Assembly (NCBI GenBank): GCA_963765765.1
Contig: CAVXYC010000019.1
Coordinates: forward strand, 320,001-384,000
Length of the DNA stretch: 64,000 bases
From: an uncultured Chloroflexia bacterium
Lineage (GTDB): Bacteria > Chloroflexota > UBA6077 > JACCZL01
Direction: 5' to 3'
Of the stretch, positions 41,092-52,389 are shown one piece after another. Numbering within the stretch: the first letter of the stretch is position 1; each line of letters opens with the position of its first letter. The notes below the pieces were generated by a model. The model ran no database searches, was not told where the DNA came from, and was given only the letters and a program-made list of their open reading frames with translations. A program made the position numbers and the translations under genes.

Positions 41092-42441
41092 GTGACGCGA
41101 TTCGCTCGGGCCAGCGTTGGTAGCCTGCTGACGCTGGGCTTCGGACTAGTCGCCGGAATATTCATCAATCGGTTGCTCGGCGTCGAAGGCAGAGCCGCGT
41201 ATGCGTTGGCCGTCCGGACCGCGGGTGTCGTCGTCGCGGTCGCCCAGTGGGGCATTCCGGAGGTCATGCTCGGCTCACTTGGTAGAGGCGGTACTCAGTC
41301 GGCGGCGGTCATTGGCTCCGCGCTGGCACTGGCCGTCACGACGTCCTTGGTCCTGAGCGCGGCCTTTCTGGCGCTCGCTCCGCTACTGGCAGATTCGCTA
41401 CTCCAGGGGCTACCGTCGTCGATGCTCGGCCCGGCGGTCGCCTCCTCCGTCTTTAGTGTTGCCTACATCATCCTCCGACGGGTGATTCAGCTTCGCGGCC
41501 AGCTTTTGGTCTACAACGCCTTGGACCTGCTGAAGGCGGTCGTTTTCCTGGCGTTGATCGTCGCCATGGTCCTGTGGTCCGCGGACCAGCGGGCAGGCGC
41601 CATTACCGCGTACCTGTTTGCCGAGGCGATACTGACGCTCCTCGCCGGTGCCTTCGTCTTATGGAAACTCGATCGTTTTTGGAAGATCGATCCTGGGGTT
41701 TCGGTAAGGCTCGTTCGATCTGGCTTCCTGGTCCAGATTGGCATCATCGCCATGTTCTTGGCCGGTCAGGCAGGCTTGTTCGTCATCAACGTCTACGGGT
41801 CGTTGGCAGACGTCGGTTATTATGCGACGGCTCTCGGATTGGCCACGTACGTGACCTTTGTATCGGTCTCGATCCGCTCAGTTCTGCAGTCCAGGCTGCC
41901 CAGTGTTGGGGCACAGCCCCATTCCGTCGCGACTCTGACCGCGACGATCACCCGACACACCTTCATCTGGCTGCTCGTGGCAGCCGCTGGTCTGGGTCTC
42001 ATTGGAAAGCCTGTAATAGTGCTGCTCTATGGAGAGGAGTTTTCACCTGCCTACCTGCCCATGCTGTATTTGCTTCCCGGCATGGTGTGCTGGGGCCTCC
42101 AACAGATCCTGGCCAGCTACTTCAACGCCCTCAGCGAGTTTCGAGTGGGAACGTTGGGAGCCTGGGTCGTCGCGATCGTGGGTATAGGACTCCAGATAAT
42201 CGTGACGCCGGTACTTGGTGTGACGGGTGCTGCGGCTGCGCTGTCGCTTGGCTACGCTACAGCTCTGAGTGTGTACATCGTCCTCTTCTGTCGCCACAGT
42301 GGGTTTGGCTTCTCGACCCTGCTACCGTCAAGTACTGAGATTAGGAGCTACCTCACCATTGTCCGAGGCAGGCTCAACTCTGACTCCGCGAATCCTGAGG
42401 ACAGCAGTGCGGCAAGCACGCCTATTCGCTTCGAGAGCTGA
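41092..42441 (+). CDS. wzx: Wzx-type oligosaccharide flippase
   Basis: About 12 TMs, NRLLGVEGRAAY, VGYYATA, LLYGEEFSPA, PVLGVTGAAAA. Confidence 0.85.
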   Translation: MTRFARASVGSLLTLGFGLVAGIFINRLLGVEGRAAYALAVRTAGVVVAVAQWGIPEVMLGSLGRGGTQSAAVIGSALALAVTTSLVLSAAFLALAPLLADSLLQGLPSSMLGPAVASSVFSVAYIILRRVIQLRGQLLVYNALDLLKAVVFLALIVAMVLWSADQRAGAITAYLFAEAILTLLAGAFVLWKLDRFWKIDPGVSVRLVRSGFLVQIGIIAMFLAGQAGLFVINVYGSLADVGYYATALGLATYVTFVSVSIRSVLQSRLPSVGAQPHSVATLTATITRHTFIWLLVAAAGLGLIGKPVIVLLYGEEFSPAYLPMLYLLPGMVCWGLQQILASYFNALSEFRVGTLGAWVVAIVGIGLQIIVTPVLGVTGAAAALSLGYATALSVYIVLFCRHSGFGFSTLLPSSTEIRSYLTIVRGRLNSDSANPEDSSAASTPIRFES

Positions 42442-42515
42442 CTGCTCAACGTTGACGATTAAGTGTGTATGCTGGCTTGGATGCGGGCGGGTTCGCGTTT
42501 CGCGGACGGAGCCGG

Positions 42516-43745
42516 ATGAAAGTTTCGCTATTCTCCATTGACCCCCTCGGGCGCGGCGGAGCCTACACCTCGGCGCTGGCGGTCTACACCATGCTTAGAG
42601 AGTGGGGACTCGACCCACGCCTCTGGTACTTGAACGCGGGATTATCAGAGGGTCTGACGCCGAAGGAGCTTCTGCGGAGAGGCAGGCTCTGGGACTGTCG
42701 TGACCAGGAGCGGAGAGGAATTCCCGGTGTCGCGGTGGGCCACGTGGCGGCTCGCCTCCCGGCGCTGGCCTACAACTGGTGGCCATACCCGATCATTCGC
42801 CGACGTGTGGCCGAGTACGACATGCACCTTGTGCTTGGTGTCCCGGTGTGCGGCGTGACCGCGGCATTTTTACGCACGCCCTACGTCTGCTGGACTGCGA
42901 CCCTGCTCGGTGACGAGCTCAAGGCGAGGGCGAAGGGTGGCGAGCAGCTTGCTCGGGACATGCTCACGTCTCCTCTCTGGCAATACATGGCGTGGCAAGA
43001 GCGGCTGGTGCTGAGGCGGGCGGCGCGTGTCCTGGCGGTGAGCGAAGAGACCGCGGATCGTATACGGGCCACCGTGCCGGGCGTCGCGTCTAAGTTAGAG
43101 GTGCTCTCGTGGCCGATTGATACAACGTTGTTCCGGCCCGCTGATGCCCAGCGATGCTCTCAAACAGACTCATCTCGTACTCTCATCACCGTCGGACGGT
43201 TGGACGATCCTCGGAAAAATATCCTGAACCTCCTAAGGGCTATGCCCGCTGTCCGAAAGGTGCTTGGGGACGTGCGGCTCAAGCTCGTTGGTGCTGGCGG
43301 TGATGCGGTCCTCGCTACGGCCAGTGGTGTCCCTCTGGACGGCGTGGAGGTCCTCGGTCGCCTGCCTGATGACGTGCTAATCCGTGAGCTTCAAGCTGCC
43401 GATCTCTTCATCTTGCCCTCGCTCCAGGAGGGGCTCGGTCTTGCCGTCCTGGAAGCGATGGCCTGTGGACTCCCTGTAATGAGCACACCAAGCGGTGGGC
43501 CGGAAGCGCACGTGCGAGACGGGCAGACGGGTTTTGTTACGCGCGGATTCTCGGCTTCTACGCTTGCTGATGCAGTGATTCAGGCTCTGGATGATCCGGC
43601 AGGGTTGCGAGCGATGGGCAGGCGTGCCCGAGAAACTATCGTTGCCGAAAGTGGGCGCGAAGTCGTCGCCGCGCGGCTTAGGGCGACCCTCGAGCGCGTG
43701 TATCGGAAAGCGCCCAGCGAATTAGTGGGAGGACAACAGCGGTGA
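42516..43745 (+). CDS. Glycosyltransferase family 4
   Basis: VGRLDDPRKNI, LPSLQEGLGLAVLEAMACGLPV. Confidence 0.92.
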   Translation: MKVSLFSIDPLGRGGAYTSALAVYTMLREWGLDPRLWYLNAGLSEGLTPKELLRRGRLWDCRDQERRGIPGVAVGHVAARLPALAYNWWPYPIIRRRVAEYDMHLVLGVPVCGVTAAFLRTPYVCWTATLLGDELKARAKGGEQLARDMLTSPLWQYMAWQERLVLRRAARVLAVSEETADRIRATVPGVASKLEVLSWPIDTTLFRPADAQRCSQTDSSRTLITVGRLDDPRKNILNLLRAMPAVRKVLGDVRLKLVGAGGDAVLATASGVPLDGVEVLGRLPDDVLIRELQAADLFILPSLQEGLGLAVLEAMACGLPVMSTPSGGPEAHVRDGQTGFVTRGFSASTLADAVIQALDDPAGLRAMGRRARETIVAESGREVVAARLRATLERVYRKAPSELVGGQQR

Positions 43746-44080
43746 ACTCCAACCCGGCTACAGTTCCGACGTCAGGCGTGAAGACGACGATATACCCTAC
43801 CTCGCGCGAATCATCGGTGATGAATTAGGTGAATCGAAAAGTGTCGAGAGCGAGGGAGTGGGCCGCGTGAGCCTCTTCATGTCGGGCGCCTCGGGTGCAC
43901 TCGAGATCGTAACTGGTCCAGTGGGTCGAACGAGCGCGGCTGGCATCGTTGCATCGTTGCCGTTTACGACGGTTTGTCCAGCAGCGTCGGCTAGCGCTGG
44001 TAACTAGGGCACGGAGTCGAGCGACCAGCGCAGTATCGTAGAGCGGGCAAGCCAAATCATGCCCGCTCTACGATACTGCA

Positions 44081-44479
44081 TCAATTGTCAGGATTGAGCT
44101 TGAGCGAGACCGAGTTGATGCAGAACCGTTGCCCTGTCGGCATAGGGCCATCGTCAAACACGTGCCCCAGGTGACCGCCGCAGGCCTTGCAGGTGACTTC
44201 CGTTCGGACCATGCCATGGCTAGTGTCGTCGTGAAGGTTCACCGCTTCCCGGTTGATCGGCTCCCAAAAGCTGGGCCAACCCGAGTGTGATTCGAACTTA
44301 GTGCCCGACTTGAACAGCTCGGCGCCACAAGCAGCGCAGACGTAGGTGCCGTTTGCCTTGGTCTGGACGTACTCCCCGGTGAAAGGACGCTCGGTGCCCT
44401 TCTCACGCAGGATGTAGTATTGTTCCGGCGTCAGTTCTTGTCGCCATTCTTCCTCGGTCTTCTTTACTTCTGCGCTCAC
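44081..44479 (-). CDS. msrB: Peptide-methionine (R)-S-oxide reductase
   Basis: [48 protein letters not shown]. Confidence 0.96.
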   Translation of the reverse strand: MSAEVKKTEEEWRQELTPEQYYILREKGTERPFTGEYVQTKANGTYVCAACGAELFKSGTKFESHSGWPSFWEPINREAVNLHDDTSHGMVRTEVTCKACGGHLGHVFDDGPMPTGQRFCINSVSLKLNPDN

Positions 44480-44756
44480 GTTTGGCCCCCCAATGGTCAG
44501 CATGCGTGGATCTCGAGAAACCGCTGATATTAAGTATAGGCGGATGTATCAGGTCTCTTATTCGACCAGCGTCGTTAAGGGCCGAAGCGGCATCATCAGG
44601 CAAACCTACGGTATCATCGCGCCCAGCATCACAACGCGTGTCCCGAACGCGCGCACCGTCGTCGCTCCAGTCAACTCCGCGGGGTGACCCGTTCCCGATT
44701 GTCTTGAGATTGAATCCCGTCCACGACCCGAGCCCGCGGCGTCCACACCCACAGGG

Positions 44757-45698
44757 ATGCGCGGTATGGCCATGAGCAGCGCGGCAGTTTCCTCAGCAGC
44801 GAATGTCACGTCGCAGCCAGCTCCAACGGAGCTCGGAGCGACGATCCTTATTCCCGCCTATAACGAAGAGGACGGGATAGGTCCCGTCCTGGATCAGCTC
44901 AATCGGGTCATGAGGGAGTCTGGCATCGAGTACGAGATCCTCGTCGTCGATGACGGCTCGCGCGACAAGACGGCCGAAGAAGTTCGAAAGCATGACGTGA
45001 AGCTTGTTCAGCATACGGTAAACCGCGGCTACGGCGCGGCGCTGAAGACCGGATTGCGCCAGGCGCGCCACGAGCTCATTGTCATTACCGATGCCGATGG
45101 TACGTATCCTAATGAGCGGATTCCAGAGCTCATTGGCGAGATGCACGATTGCGACATGGTCGTAGGGGCGCGAACCGGGGAGAACACGCACGTGCCGCTC
45201 GTAAGAAGACCGGCGAAGTGGTTCATCACTCGACTAGCAGAGTCGATCACCGGCTCTGAGATTCCAGATTTGAACTCCGGCTTGCGGGTTTTTCGAAAGC
45301 CGCTGGCGATGGAGTTCTATCACCTCTTCCCGAAGGGCTTCTCGTTCACGACCACCATCACACTCGCCATGCTGACCAATGACTATCCCGTCAAGTTCAT
45401 CCCGATCGATTACCACGCGCGGGTTGGCAACTCGAAAATTCGGCCCATTCGCGATACGGCGAACTTCATTCACCTGATTCTCCGTACGGTCATGTACTTC
45501 GCCCCATTGCGCATTTTTCTTCGGCTGGCCATCTTGCTGTTCGCGGCCTCCATTGCGGTCGGCGCGTACAGTCTTATCGCGCTCGGACGGCTCATGGACG
45601 TTACCGTGGTGGTTCTGGCAGTTGCGGGCCTGCAGGCTGCCATGACGGGGATGCTGGCCGATCTGGTGGACAAACGAATTCCAAGAGGGCGGCTGTGA
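44757..45698 (+). CDS. GT2 polyprenol-phosphate glycosyltransferase (DPM1-like) with two C-terminal TMs
   Basis: LIPAYNEE, VVDDGSRD, NRGYGAALKTG, DADGTY, DLNSGLR. Confidence 0.9.
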   Translation: MRGMAMSSAAVSSAANVTSQPAPTELGATILIPAYNEEDGIGPVLDQLNRVMRESGIEYEILVVDDGSRDKTAEEVRKHDVKLVQHTVNRGYGAALKTGLRQARHELIVITDADGTYPNERIPELIGEMHDCDMVVGARTGENTHVPLVRRPAKWFITRLAESITGSEIPDLNSGLRVFRKPLAMEFYHLFPKGFSFTTTITLAMLTNDYPVKFIPIDYHARVGNSKIRPIRDTANFIHLILRTVMYFAPLRIFLRLAILLFAASIAVGAYSLIALGRLMDVTVVVLAVAGLQAAMTGMLADLVDKRIPRGRL

Positions 45699-47461
45699 CG
45701 CTGACCCAACAACATCGAGACGAAACTAGAGTGCGCGATCTGACCCATGTGTACCTGGAGCGCGCACTCAGCCAAATTCCGCGAATCCTCTCCCTGCAGG
45801 ACCGTAACCCGTTCTCGCCAACGTACGGGTCGTTTCACCGACCGTACTGGCTGGATAAGACCAGCGACTTTCCGGACGCTCTCGCGCAATTCGGCGTGCA
45901 AAGCTTGGCGATCGTGTACGCGCACGAGATGCCCGGCAATATCTATTACAAGCAGCCCAAGATCCGCGACTGGACCATCGCGGGTCTAGAGTACTGGGCG
46001 CGCGTTCAGCATGCGGACGGCTCGTTCGACGAGTTCTATCCTTACGAGCGTGGCTGGGCCGGCCCCACCGCGTTTACCTGTTTCGCGGCGATCGAGTCTG
46101 TGCGATGTCTTGGTGATGATCTGCCGACTCATTCACGGGAGCGAGTGCTGGACGCGATTCGAAAGGCGGCGCGTTTCATCGCCGCTGGCGAATCAGAGGA
46201 AGATCACCTCGCGAATCATCACGCCATTGCCTGCATGGCCGTCTGGAAGGCGCACGAGCTGCTCGGCGACCCCGCGCTCAAAGATGGCTTCGAGCGGCTC
46301 TGGCAAGGCTTCCTACGATATCAGCAGCCCGAAGGGTGGTCGATCGAATACGACGGTGTGGACCCTGGATATCTTTCTGCCACGGTATCATTCCTGGCTA
46401 AGGTCTATCAGACACATCCCACGCCGGAAATTCTTGCGGTGCTGAAATCAGCAGTCGAGTTTGCAAGCTACTTCGTGTATCCCAACGGGTACTACGGCGG
46501 TAGCATGGGCAGCCGACAGACGCTGCACTTCTACCCCCACGGGTTCGAGGTGCTGGCTGATGAGATTCCATTGGCTGGGAGCATCGCTCAAAAGATGCTG
46601 GAGGGACTGGATCAAGGTTGTTTGGTGCCACCAGAGATCATGCCCGACCGCTATCTGCCGTATCGGGTGGCTGAATACCTGCAGGCCTATCTCGATGCTG
46701 AGCCACGCTCAGCGGAGCTGCCGAAGCTCCCATATGAGCGCGCACCATTTACCCAGTGGTTTCGCGGCGCACGCGTGTATGCACGGCGAGGTGAGCGTAG
46801 TTACTTGCTGGTGAACCTTGCCAAAGGCGGCGTTATTAAGTTGTTCGATGTACAGACCGGTGCGCTGATCTTCAATGATTGCGGGATCCTGGGAAAACTG
46901 CAGGACGGTGCGTTGGTCAGCTCGCAGTGGGTCGATCCTCGGTATGAGGTGAACGTCTCAGATGAGATGGTCCAGGTTCATGGCTCGCTGCAGAAAATGC
47001 CGTCCACCAAAACGTTCACGCCGCTCAAGATGGCGATGTTTCGCGGAGTCCTCACGGCTGTGGGCTGGAACGGCCCAGCATCGCACATGATCAAGGGCGG
47101 CATTCGCAAATTGCTGATGCTGGGAACGAGGCCAATACCAGTGCAGTTCCGCCGTCAGATTCGCCTCGACGGCGACAATCTGCTGGTGACCGATCGTCTT
47201 GAGCGGACCGGCGCGGCGCTGTTCGCGTCGCTCATGATTGGCGACGAGTTTGCCGTGCGGTACGTACCACAGTCACGGTATTTTCAGGCGCAAGAGCTTG
47301 GAGTCAATGGTCTGCGACCGAGCCATGCACACATCGAGCAGCTCAACTCGCGCGGGGCGCTGACGGTTGTGCGCCAGGTCGACCTGGACGCTGGCGTCCT
47401 CCGAACGGAGATCGGCGATACGTCGCTGCCGCTAGGCGAGCTTCAGGCGATAAGCAATTGA
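45695..47461 (+). CDS. Uncharacterised alpha/alpha-barrel protein in glycosylation cluster
   Basis: 588-aa intact ORF coupled to the GT2 gene (GTGA overlap); QHADGSFDE, LANHHA, EYDGVDPGY motifs. Confidence 0.7.
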   Translation: MTLTQQHRDETRVRDLTHVYLERALSQIPRILSLQDRNPFSPTYGSFHRPYWLDKTSDFPDALAQFGVQSLAIVYAHEMPGNIYYKQPKIRDWTIAGLEYWARVQHADGSFDEFYPYERGWAGPTAFTCFAAIESVRCLGDDLPTHSRERVLDAIRKAARFIAAGESEEDHLANHHAIACMAVWKAHELLGDPALKDGFERLWQGFLRYQQPEGWSIEYDGVDPGYLSATVSFLAKVYQTHPTPEILAVLKSAVEFASYFVYPNGYYGGSMGSRQTLHFYPHGFEVLADEIPLAGSIAQKMLEGLDQGCLVPPEIMPDRYLPYRVAEYLQAYLDAEPRSAELPKLPYERAPFTQWFRGARVYARRGERSYLLVNLAKGGVIKLFDVQTGALIFNDCGILGKLQDGALVSSQWVDPRYEVNVSDEMVQVHGSLQKMPSTKTFTPLKMAMFRGVLTAVGWNGPASHMIKGGIRKLLMLGTRPIPVQFRRQIRLDGDNLLVTDRLERTGAALFASLMIGDEFAVRYVPQSRYFQAQELGVNGLRPSHAHIEQLNSRGALTVVRQVDLDAGVLRTEIGDTSLPLGELQAISN

Positions 47462-47506
47462 TGAGCGTGACGCGCTGCGGCGCTTCGCGCCCCCTGAGCT
47501 CCCGCA

Positions 47507-48494
47507 ATGATTGAAACAGATCTGCAGGTCGATGCTCCAGCCATCGCCGAGACAAACGTGACCCCGGGCGCGGATACCTGGGCGCCGTGGCGGAATCGCG
47601 GGCTCCTGATTCGCATCGGCGATCTTCATAGTCGTCACGAGCGCCATCGTTGTTGGGCTCATTGGCTGGGTTGGTGCTCGGGACGTGGCGAGCCTCATCT
47701 CCGGGGTCAACCCGCAGCTCATGGTGCTGGCGACGTTGCTCACACTGACCCTCCCGGTTGTGCATGCGTGGCGATTCCGCACCGTGCTGAATGCCATTGG
47801 CTACAAGGTCTCCTCGCGCCGGTCATTTCATCTCACTATGGCGGCCTGGCCAATCAGCTCCATCACGCCATCCAAATCGGGTGACCTCATCAAGGTCTAC
47901 TATCTCCGAAAGGAGGTTCCAGCCACAGTCTCAGCCGGAAGCATTTTAGCCGAGCGAGCCGTGGATGTCGCGGTGCTGGGAGCCATGTCGTTGGTGGGAT
48001 CGCTCTTTTTCGATCGACCCGCGATAACGATCTTTTCAGGTCTCATCTTGCTGGGGATGGCTGGCGTCTTCATCGTTGCGCCGTGGACGCGTCGCTTTCC
48101 GCTGAAACCGGCCTGGCGAGAACGAGTCGACCTTGTGCTTTCCAGTACATATGCGCTGTCACGCTCGCCATCGCTCCTTTTTACCACGTTGAGTTTGACC
48201 CTGCTGAATTGGGCGACTACGGTCTTGATAGCCTGGATACTGTTCCGAGCCGTGGATGCGAATGTTCCCTTGCTTTATACGTTTGCAGCTCTGCCTCCGG
48301 CCCTGTTCGCGGGCCTGATGCCCTTCACGCTGGGTGGCATGGGAACCCGCGACTCCGTCATCATGCTGCTGTTTGAGGGGTATGCAACGACCGCCCAATC
48401 TTTGACGGTCGGGATCCTGTACTCCTTCTTCGGACGGTGGCTCCTGTCGATCCTCGGCATACCGTTCCTGCAGCGACTCATCAAGGAAGGTTAA
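47507..48494 (+). CDS. Lysylphosphatidylglycerol synthase TM-like (UPF0104) flippase (5' frameshift)
   Basis: AWRF, ITPSKSGDLIKVYYL, ERAVD, PFTLGGMGTRD. Confidence 0.85.
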
Positions 48495-48566
48495 TCGCGG
48501 CGGCAAGTCTCTTTCGTCTTCGAAAGAGTACGTTGCCGACATCGCTGCCGCGCGATCTCGCGTCCT

Positions 48567-48695
48567 ATGCCTGAATCCACTCGCTCAGCCTGGATTGCCG
48601 TTTTCTGGATGGCAATCGTTGTGGGTAGCTATCTGATCGTGAGTCTGCGGACTGATATTCCCCGTTTACTGGGGCATCTCACCGGATCGCTGTGA
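48567..48695 (+). CDS. 42-aa single-TM peptide overlapping the start of the GT-C gene
   Basis: MPESTRSAWIAVFWMAIVVGSYLIVSLRTDIPRLLGHLTGSL*, with GTGA overlap. Confidence 0.45.
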   Translation: MPESTRSAWIAVFWMAIVVGSYLIVSLRTDIPRLLGHLTGSL

Positions 48696-50566
48696 CACTC
48701 CTGGGAAACGTCGCCGACCTCGTTGTCTTTCTGTCGATTGCCGTTACGGCGATTGGGCTGGGACGCTGGGCGCTCACGCTCTTCGGCATTGAGCCGGCGA
48801 ATGTCTGGGACGATCTGGTCTTTTCACTCGCTTTAGGTCTGGGCGTTTTCTCATTGTCGGGAGCCGTGTTGGGGCTGATAGGTTTTCTCCGCTGGGAGAT
48901 TGCCTGGGTGCTCTTCCTGGGGATGCTCGCGGTAGCTGCCTTGCCGGCCATGACGTTGTTACGCACATGCTGGTCGGAGCTGAAGATCAGTGTCCCAAAG
49001 ATGCATGGAATCTCGGCCATGGTGACCGGATTCATCGGGCTGATCGTCATTCTTTATTTCATCTCCGCGTTCCATCCGCCGATCGAGGGCGACACGCTTG
49101 CCGGATATCTGGCCACGCCCAGGCGCTACGTGCAGTTCAGCCGTATTGCCCCGCTGCCAGCAAGCTTCTATGACGATCTGCCACTCAACGTTCAAATGCT
49201 CTCCACCTGGGCGCTGCTCTTGCGAGGCGACGTGCTGGCGCAGCTCCTGGTTGGATTCGGATTTGGAATCGCCTGTCTTGCTGTCATTACGGCGCTCTCC
49301 AGAACGATCTTCGGCGGCGGCGTCGCCGCGTGGGCGTCACTGGCATTCTTAAGCTTAGGCGCGGTCTCCTACGCCAACGATTCCACAAAAATTGATGTTG
49401 GCTGGGCTTTCTTCGATCTCGCGTCGCTCCTGGCCTTCAGCTATTGGTACTTCGCCCGCGGTGATTGGCGCTGGCTGATGCTGGCCGGTGTGCTGGGTGG
49501 GCTGGGCCTGGGCTCCAAGTACACGGCACTGTTCACGATGGTCCCTCTTGTCGCCGCTATTGCCTGGCGGACGTTGCGCTGGGATCGTGGCGATATCAAG
49601 CAGCTCATCAGCCGATGGGCCTTGTACCTCGCGCCGTGCATGGCGCTAGGTGGCATCTGGATGCTCAAGAACGCGCTCTACGTCGGCAACCCGGTGTACC
49701 CGCTGTACAACAAGCAGATTCTGGGATACGCGGCGGAGTCGCCGCCCAATCACGCATCTGGTCTGCTTGGCATGATCACCATCATCTGGGACATGTCCAT
49801 GGGGCCATTCGCGTTTGGGTTTGGGAAGACGGTTGGCCCGCTTCTTCTCGCGTCGGTCCCACTCGTTCTGCTCTTGAAAAACCGCGATCGAAAGCTCTTT
49901 CATCTGCTGGCATTCGTCGGCATTGGGTATCTGCTCTGGTACGTGGGAGTGCAGCGTGACCGAAACTTCTTGCCGCAGCTTGCTGTTCTTGGCATCTGCG
50001 GCGGGTACGCGCTGCGAGGATTCACAAGTGCCGCCAGCCCATCGCGGTACGCTATAGCGGCGCTGGCGCTTTTGGCGCCGATCTACGCGCTCGCCACCTA
50101 CAGTTGGGTCCATGTGTACCGCATGGCTCCGGTGCCATACATCATCGGATTGCAGGATCGAGAAGCGTACCTGCGGCGTAACCTTCTGGAGTGGTACCCC
50201 AGTTATGATGCGATGCTCTTCATCAACACGTATCTGCCGACCAACGCGCGAATCATCGGTCTGCATAACGGGAACGGCTACTATCTGGACCGGGAATACA
50301 TACTGTCCGATGACGTGGAGGGGCGGGTGATCCATGACGTCACGACGGATCGCGAGCTTCTCGCAGCGCTGAGGGCGCGTCGCATCACGCACGTCTTTAT
50401 CAATGACTATGTGGTTCAACAGTGGCGCATGGGCTACGGCGGAAAGCAGGGCTACACGGAGTCCCTCGTTGAGCAACCCGACTTTCAATCGCGTTATATG
50501 ACGCTCGTATTCGACGAAGCCGACCAGCATCTCTACGAGCTACGCTACCCGCCGGAGCTTGGATGA
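48692..50566 (+). CDS. GT-C fold membrane glycosyltransferase (ArnT/DUF1420-like)
   Basis: PPIEGDTLAGYL, LGSKYT, KNALYVGNPVYP, multi-TM with C-terminal extracytoplasmic domain. Confidence 0.8.
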   Translation: MTLLGNVADLVVFLSIAVTAIGLGRWALTLFGIEPANVWDDLVFSLALGLGVFSLSGAVLGLIGFLRWEIAWVLFLGMLAVAALPAMTLLRTCWSELKISVPKMHGISAMVTGFIGLIVILYFISAFHPPIEGDTLAGYLATPRRYVQFSRIAPLPASFYDDLPLNVQMLSTWALLLRGDVLAQLLVGFGFGIACLAVITALSRTIFGGGVAAWASLAFLSLGAVSYANDSTKIDVGWAFFDLASLLAFSYWYFARGDWRWLMLAGVLGGLGLGSKYTALFTMVPLVAAIAWRTLRWDRGDIKQLISRWALYLAPCMALGGIWMLKNALYVGNPVYPLYNKQILGYAAESPPNHASGLLGMITIIWDMSMGPFAFGFGKTVGPLLLASVPLVLLLKNRDRKLFHLLAFVGIGYLLWYVGVQRDRNFLPQLAVLGICGGYALRGFTSAASPSRYAIAALALLAPIYALATYSWVHVYRMAPVPYIIGLQDREAYLRRNLLEWYPSYDAMLFINTYLPTNARIIGLHNGNGYYLDREYILSDDVEGRVIHDVTTDRELLAALRARRITHVFINDYVVQQWRMGYGGKQGYTESLVEQPDFQSRYMTLVFDEADQHLYELRYPPELG

Positions 50567-52040
50567 CGCTGTCCGCGATGCGGTTGGGAAGTCTTCAGGG
50601 TCAGAGTTGGTTTCAGCGACTGTTTGATCATCGAAGATGACGGCTTCGCCCCGCATGGCCTGGTAGATCGACTGCAACCGGTTGGCTGGATGCCGTTCGG
50701 TTACCTCGCGCTGGCTTCTGTCATCGCCGTCTCCATCTATGGCTTTTCGGAAGTTCCAATTGGACCGGGGCACTTCATTCTCACCGCGATCGCGCTGGCA
50801 CTTGCGGCGGTTTCGTTGCTGTATCCGGCATTAGGCATCGTGTTCGTGATCGCTGCCGTGCTCATCATGCCGCCAAGCACACGCATTCCGGGGCTCGGGC
50901 CGCTGTCGCCCAACCTGCTATTTTCCGCGTGCACAGTCCTCGGGTTCCTGGTCCGGCTCGTTCGCGATCGACGATCGCTGGCGTGGTCACGATACTATTT
51001 CGCCCTTGTCCCGATGCTGATCTGGCACGCGGCGTCTGCACTGTTCGGGTACGGACCACAATCACTATTCTTCCTGCAGACCTTCGTTCAGGGCACTCTC
51101 CCATTCACAATTTCGAGTACCGCGCAACGCACGCGGCCGATGCTGATCTTAGGGCTCATTGGGCTCGTCACGGCCTACACCGCGCGCAGTCTATACCTGC
51201 TGGTGGTGGAAGGGGTTCCCGTCGTGCTGGAATCCTTACCCGCACTTCAGCGGTGGGCTGGGCCCTCTGCGTTACGGACACACGCTTTATGGCGACCCCG
51301 CGACGGTGCTGGCATGGGTCGCGAATCTCATGGTCGGTCTTACGTTAGGTCTCTTCGTCTTTGCGCGTGGCTGGCCAAGTCGCTGTTTCTTCTTCATTAC
51401 ATTCGTCGTCGCCATGCTTATCGCCTGGATGAGTCTCGCGCGTGGCGGAATGATTGGATCGACGATCGCTGTCCTTGCGGTAGGAATAATGGCGATACGG
51501 GCTCGCCAGTGGGTACCCATGGCCATTGGCGCAAGTGCGGCGGTGATCATCGGAGTATTCGTGTGCTCGTGTTTGCCATTGCTGCCGCACCTCATGGAGA
51601 CGATGGGTATCGATCTTGGCGGCGGAGGTGAGACGCGCGGAGGGATGCTCGTGGAGGGCGTTTCACGATTCACAGGGCCCGGGGTCCCTAACCTGTTAAT
51701 CGGGGACGGACCCGGATCGCGTCTCGGATACCACAGCTACGTAATCAATTCCGCAGTTGATTACGGCTTGCCATTCCTTGGGTTAGTCATTCTGACGTTT
51801 CGGCTTCGTCATTCAGAACGGCGCACGGCTCGTCCGTCTTGTCAGGCGCGGGCGGAGCCGCTGGTCCATGGGGCGGCGGTCGGTCTTTTCGCCGGCGCGA
51901 TTGTGGCGATCTTCCAGGCGGTATTCGATACCACGCTACGCGTAGCGGGTTATGCCATGGTGTTCTGGTTCCTGCGGGGAATCGAGGCGAGTATCTTCTC
52001 AGCAGCCTTTCGTCGGAAGAGTGAGCACTCCGTTCGCTAG
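50563..52040 (+). CDS. O-antigen polymerase/ligase-like membrane protein, frameshifted
   Basis: Multi-TM, SLARGGMI, LIGDGPG...HSYVI...DYGLP. Confidence 0.65.
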
Positions 52041-52083
52041 GGCGCCAGTAAGAAGAGCGGACTGGCGCGCGCACCGTTTGATT

Positions 52084-52236
52084 GTGCGAGTGTTCAATAT
52101 CGTCGTTGTCATTGCGGCCGCCTGGATGATCGCCATCAACGCCGCCTTCTACGTGGCAGTCATCCGCGAGTTTGCCCCCGAGCTTTTCGGCATCACGGTC
52201 TGCTGGCGCGTGGCTGATAGAGCATGCGCATGTTGA
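52084..52236 (+). CDS. Small single-TM peptide
   Basis: VRVFNIVVVIAAAWMIAINAAFYVAVIREFAPELFG. Confidence 0.4.
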   Translation: MRVFNIVVVIAAAWMIAINAAFYVAVIREFAPELFGITVCWRVADRACAC

Positions 52237-52389
52237 CGAGGTCGGGCACAGGCGTCATGTCTGGACTGTGGCGATCCCGCGGCGTTCCAGCGATGCTGGA
52301 AGCCGTCTCGGTGTGCTCCACTTGGCGGGAAATTGGCGAAGACCGTCGCAGTCCAAACGGGGGCCGGGCCGATTCGACCCTCAAGTGCG

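Noticed and set aside
44081-44479. msrB inside the glycosylation locus as a functional link or selenoprotein
   Set aside because: Ordinary Cys-type MsrB (RFCINS) on the opposite strand; no evidence of coupling
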